The notes under the pieces were generated by a model. The model ran no database searches. It was given only the letters and a program-made list of their open reading frames with translations, and was not told where the DNA came from. 53,867 nt of DNA from Candidatus Omnitrophica bacterium 4484_213 (GTDB taxonomy: Bacteria; Omnitrophota; 4484-213). Position numbers and translations under genes: made by a program. The stretch is from positions 1-53,867 of the forward strand of contig MZGK01000006.1 in the NCBI GenBank assembly GCA_002085025.1, read 5' to 3'. Positions 50,820 to 53,867 of the stretch are shown here, in pieces (within the stretch, counting starts at the first letter, position 1; each line of letters starts with the position of its first letter).

Positions 50820-52584
50820 TTAATCTCCTCTTTTGTTCCTCCAGAATCTCAAACAAAATCTTGGGGGCATCAGGGATTTTTGTTTTATAAATTTCTATGA
50901 TTCTTTCTACTTTTGCCAGGTTAGCATCAATTCTCAAGGTAAATTCTTTCTGATAATCCCTCTCTGAATAATCCTTGCCCAGCACTTGTTTAAATAATCT
51001 TTTGAGGTCTTCGTAGCGGGGGAGGAATCCAATCGGGCTTTCAATCGCTTCTATTTCCTTATGCACCCTCAGTTCCATCCATTTGAGCCAGACCCTTTTA
51101 TCCTCTATCGCACTCAGATAGTTGCCATTTTCATCTCTCAGAAAATAATTTACTCCAAAGATAGTAGGCGGATGAGCTAAATCCTTTACAAATTGTAGAT
51201 GGTTTTGTATATATCTCCTGATGGGGATAGAAAGGAAATCCAGATTTGCCATCGGATTGAATTTTCGCACCCCTTGTTTTCCCAAAGTAGCGGCAGTGGT
51301 TTCTGATTCGAGGGAGGCGGCGATAGTTATTACCCCATGATTCCAATCAAAACTCTCAAATACCGATGGCCAGGCGTCTGAATCTCGGCCTCCGTAGATT
51401 ATACCTTTAACCTCCACGCCCTCGGGGTTTTCTAACTTCGGGTCGCAGTTTTTCAACGTTTTCAATCTAATGGTATATCTGGCATTGGGGTGGGGAAAAA
51501 TAGTAGAATTTTCAGGGTGTTTTTTTCCATCGTCCAGCCAATAAGGAATTCTATCTTTAACCAAGACATTAGAGAAGATGACCTCGCCCGGACTCGTCAG
51601 CGCCTGCCAGATTAGCGGGTCGTTTTGGGGGTTCACATCCCTTATTATTCCAAATATTCCCCTCTCTACATTTACGGCAAATACCTTGCCGTTTTTTTTT
51701 CGCAAATAGGCAATATCATCTCCTACTATGCTTTCTTCTTCTACCATGCAGGTGGAGGTTTTTCCGCAGGCGCTGGGAAAGGCGCCCGTAAAATAGGTTT
51801 TTCTGTTCTTGGCGCCGCCAACCCCCATAACGAACATATGTTCGGCAAGCCAGTTCTCTTTGCTTGCTTTATTTATTGCCAGACGCAGGGCTAATTTTTT
51901 CAAACCCACAGTATTTCCAGCATATTGGCTATTGGTTGTCCAGGCGATATTCTCAGAGAGGTCTATATATACCCTTCTCTTATCTATATTTTTGCTTACA
52001 CTATTCTCTAATTTTCCGGCAGAGTGAACGAATTTAAAAAATTCTATCTCGGCTCCTTTTTTCTTAAATGCCTCATAAGCTGAGCGGTAGAGGATGTCCT
52101 CGGAGTGGGCTACATAGGCCGAGTCAGTGAGTTGAACGGCATAGATAGAAAAATCTGAATTCACTGGCCCAAGGCAAAGGAACAAAACAAACATTTCTTT
52201 GCCCGACATAATTCCTTTTAATAGGGCTTGGATTTCAGATAGCCCTTTTTCTCGGACTATGGAATTAATATCCGAACCGAGGTTTTCGCTTTTACTTAGA
52301 AGGAATTTTGTATTCTGTTTATCCCTTCCCTGATCAGTGGGCCCATCAAAGTGGACAGTGTGCCCGTCTATATTAAGTTGCTTTTCCTCACCCAATTCCT
52401 TTGCCTTGTCTCTTATATATTGAGCGTCTTCGGCTGAATCGCTACGCACAAAGACTGAAGCAGGATTGCAAAGCTGGACATATTCCCCGACAAAATCAAA
52501 CAGGGCAGGATTATTTAGGGCAAGCAATTTCTGATAGTTTTCTTGACTGCATTTAGTTTTAAATAGTTTTTGATGTCTTTCCAT
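50788..52584 (-). CDS. pckG: Phosphoenolpyruvate carboxykinase (GTP)
   Basis: The kinase-1a motif GAFPSACGKTS is typical of GTP-dependent PEPCK. GGAGGA lies 4 nt upstream of the ATG at 52584, which is preferred over the track start at 52611. The 3' end overlaps the purC start by 32 nt. Confidence 0.85.
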   Translation of the reverse strand: MERHQKLFKTKCSQENYQKLLALNNPALFDFVGEYVQLCNPASVFVRSDSAEDAQYIRDKAKELGEEKQLNIDGHTVHFDGPTDQGRDKQNTKFLLSKSENLGSDINSIVREKGLSEIQALLKGIMSGKEMFVLFLCLGPVNSDFSIYAVQLTDSAYVAHSEDILYRSAYEAFKKKGAEIEFFKFVHSAGKLENSVSKNIDKRRVYIDLSENIAWTTNSQYAGNTVGLKKLALRLAINKASKENWLAEHMFVMGVGGAKNRKTYFTGAFPSACGKTSTCMVEEESIVGDDIAYLRKKNGKVFAVNVERGIFGIIRDVNPQNDPLIWQALTSPGEVIFSNVLVKDRIPYWLDDGKKHPENSTIFPHPNARYTIRLKTLKNCDPKLENPEGVEVKGIIYGGRDSDAWPSVFESFDWNHGVITIAASLESETTAATLGKQGVRKFNPMANLDFLSIPIRRYIQNHLQFVKDLAHPPTIFGVNYFLRDENGNYLSAIEDKRVWLKWMELRVHKEIEAIESPIGFLPRYEDLKRLFKQVLGKDYSERDYQKEFTLRIDANLAKVERIIEIYKTKIPDAPKILFEILEEQKRRLNAARRVNRPY

Positions 52585-52728
52585 ATTTCCTCCAAAAATA
52601 CAGCGTTTCAAAGAGGAAATATTATATCATATATTGGAGATTAAATAAAGGAATTTTTTGCCTTTAAAAAAATCTTGTTTTTTATTCCGAAATGTGTTAT
52701 TATTTAAAAAGTCATTTAGGAGAGAAAT

Positions 52729-53340
52729 ATGAGAGTTAAGTTGATAAACTACACTTCCTATCCTCAGAAGACAGCGGCAATCGCCGGTAAGCTTTGCTAT
52801 GCAAAATCCTCTATCAAGGATTTAGAGAAGATAACCCCGCAGGAAGAAGAAAGGTTTATTGAGAAAATCATCAAACTTGGTCACCTTTCGGTTATTGAAC
52901 ATAGCAGTTTCACTTTTGCTATTGAGGGGATTTCGCGGGTTACCTCGCATCAGTTGGTGCGACACCGTCTTGCCTCTTTTTCCCAACAAAGTCAGAGATA
53001 TGTAAAAAAGAGAGACTTTGAATATATAATTCCTCCCACTATAAAGAAGAAAAAGAAATTAAGACAGATTTTTGAAAAGGTAATCAAAGATATAAACAAC
53101 ACCTATGCTGAACTCTTAGATAACGGCATTCCCGTTGAAGATGCCCGATTTTTATTGCCCAATGCCTGCGAGACAAAGATAATCGTAACAATGAACGCCC
53201 GTGAACTTCGGCATTTTTTTAAGCTAAGATGCGCTAAAAATAGTCAATGGGAAATTCGCGAGATGGCTAACTTGATGCTTAAAGAAGTGCGAAAGGTCGC
53301 CCCGGTGATTTTTAAGAATGTAGAGAAGGGGCAAAAATGA
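52729..53340 (+). CDS. thyX: FAD-dependent thymidylate synthase
   Basis: ThyX signature RHRLASFSQQSQRY. GHLSVIEH. NARELRHFF.LR. Confidence 0.92.
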   Translation: MRVKLINYTSYPQKTAAIAGKLCYAKSSIKDLEKITPQEEERFIEKIIKLGHLSVIEHSSFTFAIEGISRVTSHQLVRHRLASFSQQSQRYVKKRDFEYIIPPTIKKKKKLRQIFEKVIKDINNTYAELLDNGIPVEDARFLLPNACETKIIVTMNARELRHFFKLRCAKNSQWEIREMANLMLKEVRKVAPVIFKNVEKGQK

Positions 53341-53495
53341 AATTTAAGAAATTTTTTATCGGTTACAATCTACTCCAACGAATTTACAATTGAAGAGAAA
53401 GATGCGAGGATGAGGAGTTTTTTGAGTGGTCGGTGCAGCGAATTTAAAATTAAACTACCCTCTGATAGAAATTAAGGGCCCAAGGGAGGTCATCT

Positions 53496-53647
53496 ATGGA
53501 GAAGAAATTTGATGCTGTCCAATTTTAGCTGAGGGTTCGTGAGGAATTAAGTTAAGGAGTATTCTACTACTCCTGATGTATTTGTTCGCGAACTCCAAGA
53601 GAAATGCCGCTTGCAAAGACAAAAGATTGAAAAACACTCCAAATAAT
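53496..53647 (+). pseudogene. Decayed small ORF behind a strong SD
   Basis: AGGGAGG lies 6 nt before the ATG at 53496. The reading MEKKFDAVQF-TAG-LRVREELS-TAA, then after a shift KEYSTTPDVFVRELQEKCRLQRQKIEKHSK, looks like one small gene with two in-frame stops and a frameshift. Confidence 0.3.
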
Positions 53648-53661
53648 TTGAGGAAGCAAAA

Positions 53662-53867
53662 ATGAATTCAAAAACAAAAATTTTTGTTGGGATTTTGGTT
53701 GTTGGAATTGTTTTAATTGGTGGACGGCAGGCTTGGAGTGAGCAAATTTCTCCAGAGACGCAAAAACAAGTAACCATTACCACAGATAAAACAGAGTATG
53801 AGCAGGGAGAAACTGTAAAGGTAGTTTTAAAGAACAATTTAGATAAGCCAGTATTTTTAGAATCATG
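53662..53867 (+). CDS. Secreted protein, 3' partial at window edge
   Basis: GAGGAAG SD, then MNSKTKIFVGILVVGIVLIGGRQAWSEQ (signal peptide), then TITTDKTEYEQGETVKVVLKNN. The frame is open to the end of the window. Confidence 0.65.
   Translation, partial: MNSKTKIFVGILVVGIVLIGGRQAWSEQISPETQKQVTITTDKTEYEQGETVKVVLKNNLDKPVFLES

Noticed and set aside
53547-53837. 96-codon minus-strand ORF near the window end
   Set aside because: It is the antisense shadow of a + strand gene (53662..) that has a clear SD and signal peptide. It has no SD or recognisable features of its own.

Overview
This is a 53.9-kb, AT-rich bacterial chromosomal segment. It reads with the standard bacterial code: UGA is used as a stop and prfB carries the canonical UGA +1 frameshift. 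Gene content suggests an uncultivated strict anaerobe; that is inference only. Layout: (i) 0.5-12.1 kb is a giant-gene module. Two abutting reading frames (2,373 + 1,173 codons) look like one ~3,500-codon membrane-anchored protein split at an A5 run. It carries an internal SecA-like NBD1-PPXD-NBD2 core and is followed by a translationally coupled polytopic Cys-rich membrane protein. (ii) 12.6-25.6 kb holds cysK, a UPF0280-like gene, mnmA and a self-contained [FeFe]-hydrogenase island (rex-hydCBA-sufCD-hydGEF plus a small Cys-rich ORF). (iii) 25.6-32.2 kb is an accessory patch headed by a c-di-GMP-I (GEMM-I) riboswitch. It contains a secreted transglutaminase-like protein, a decayed subtilase, small TA-like pairs and gene debris. 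(iv) 32.2-53.9 kb holds housekeeping genes (trmD-rplS-rnhB-yraN, gatAB, prfB, secA, lnt, ribH-nusB-ribD-ribE, purC, pckG, thyX), interrupted by a decayed Rad50/SbcC-like ATPase. Three sequence-level signals are the most unusual. First, a family of short palindromic elements (termini ACCCYGTTARA...TYTAACRGGGT) sits in frame inside at least six conserved genes. Second, heptanucleotide tandem repeats are abundant inside and between genes. Third, gatA, secA, the giant gene and several accessory genes carry frame disruptions. All homology calls were made by eye from motifs; no searches were run.
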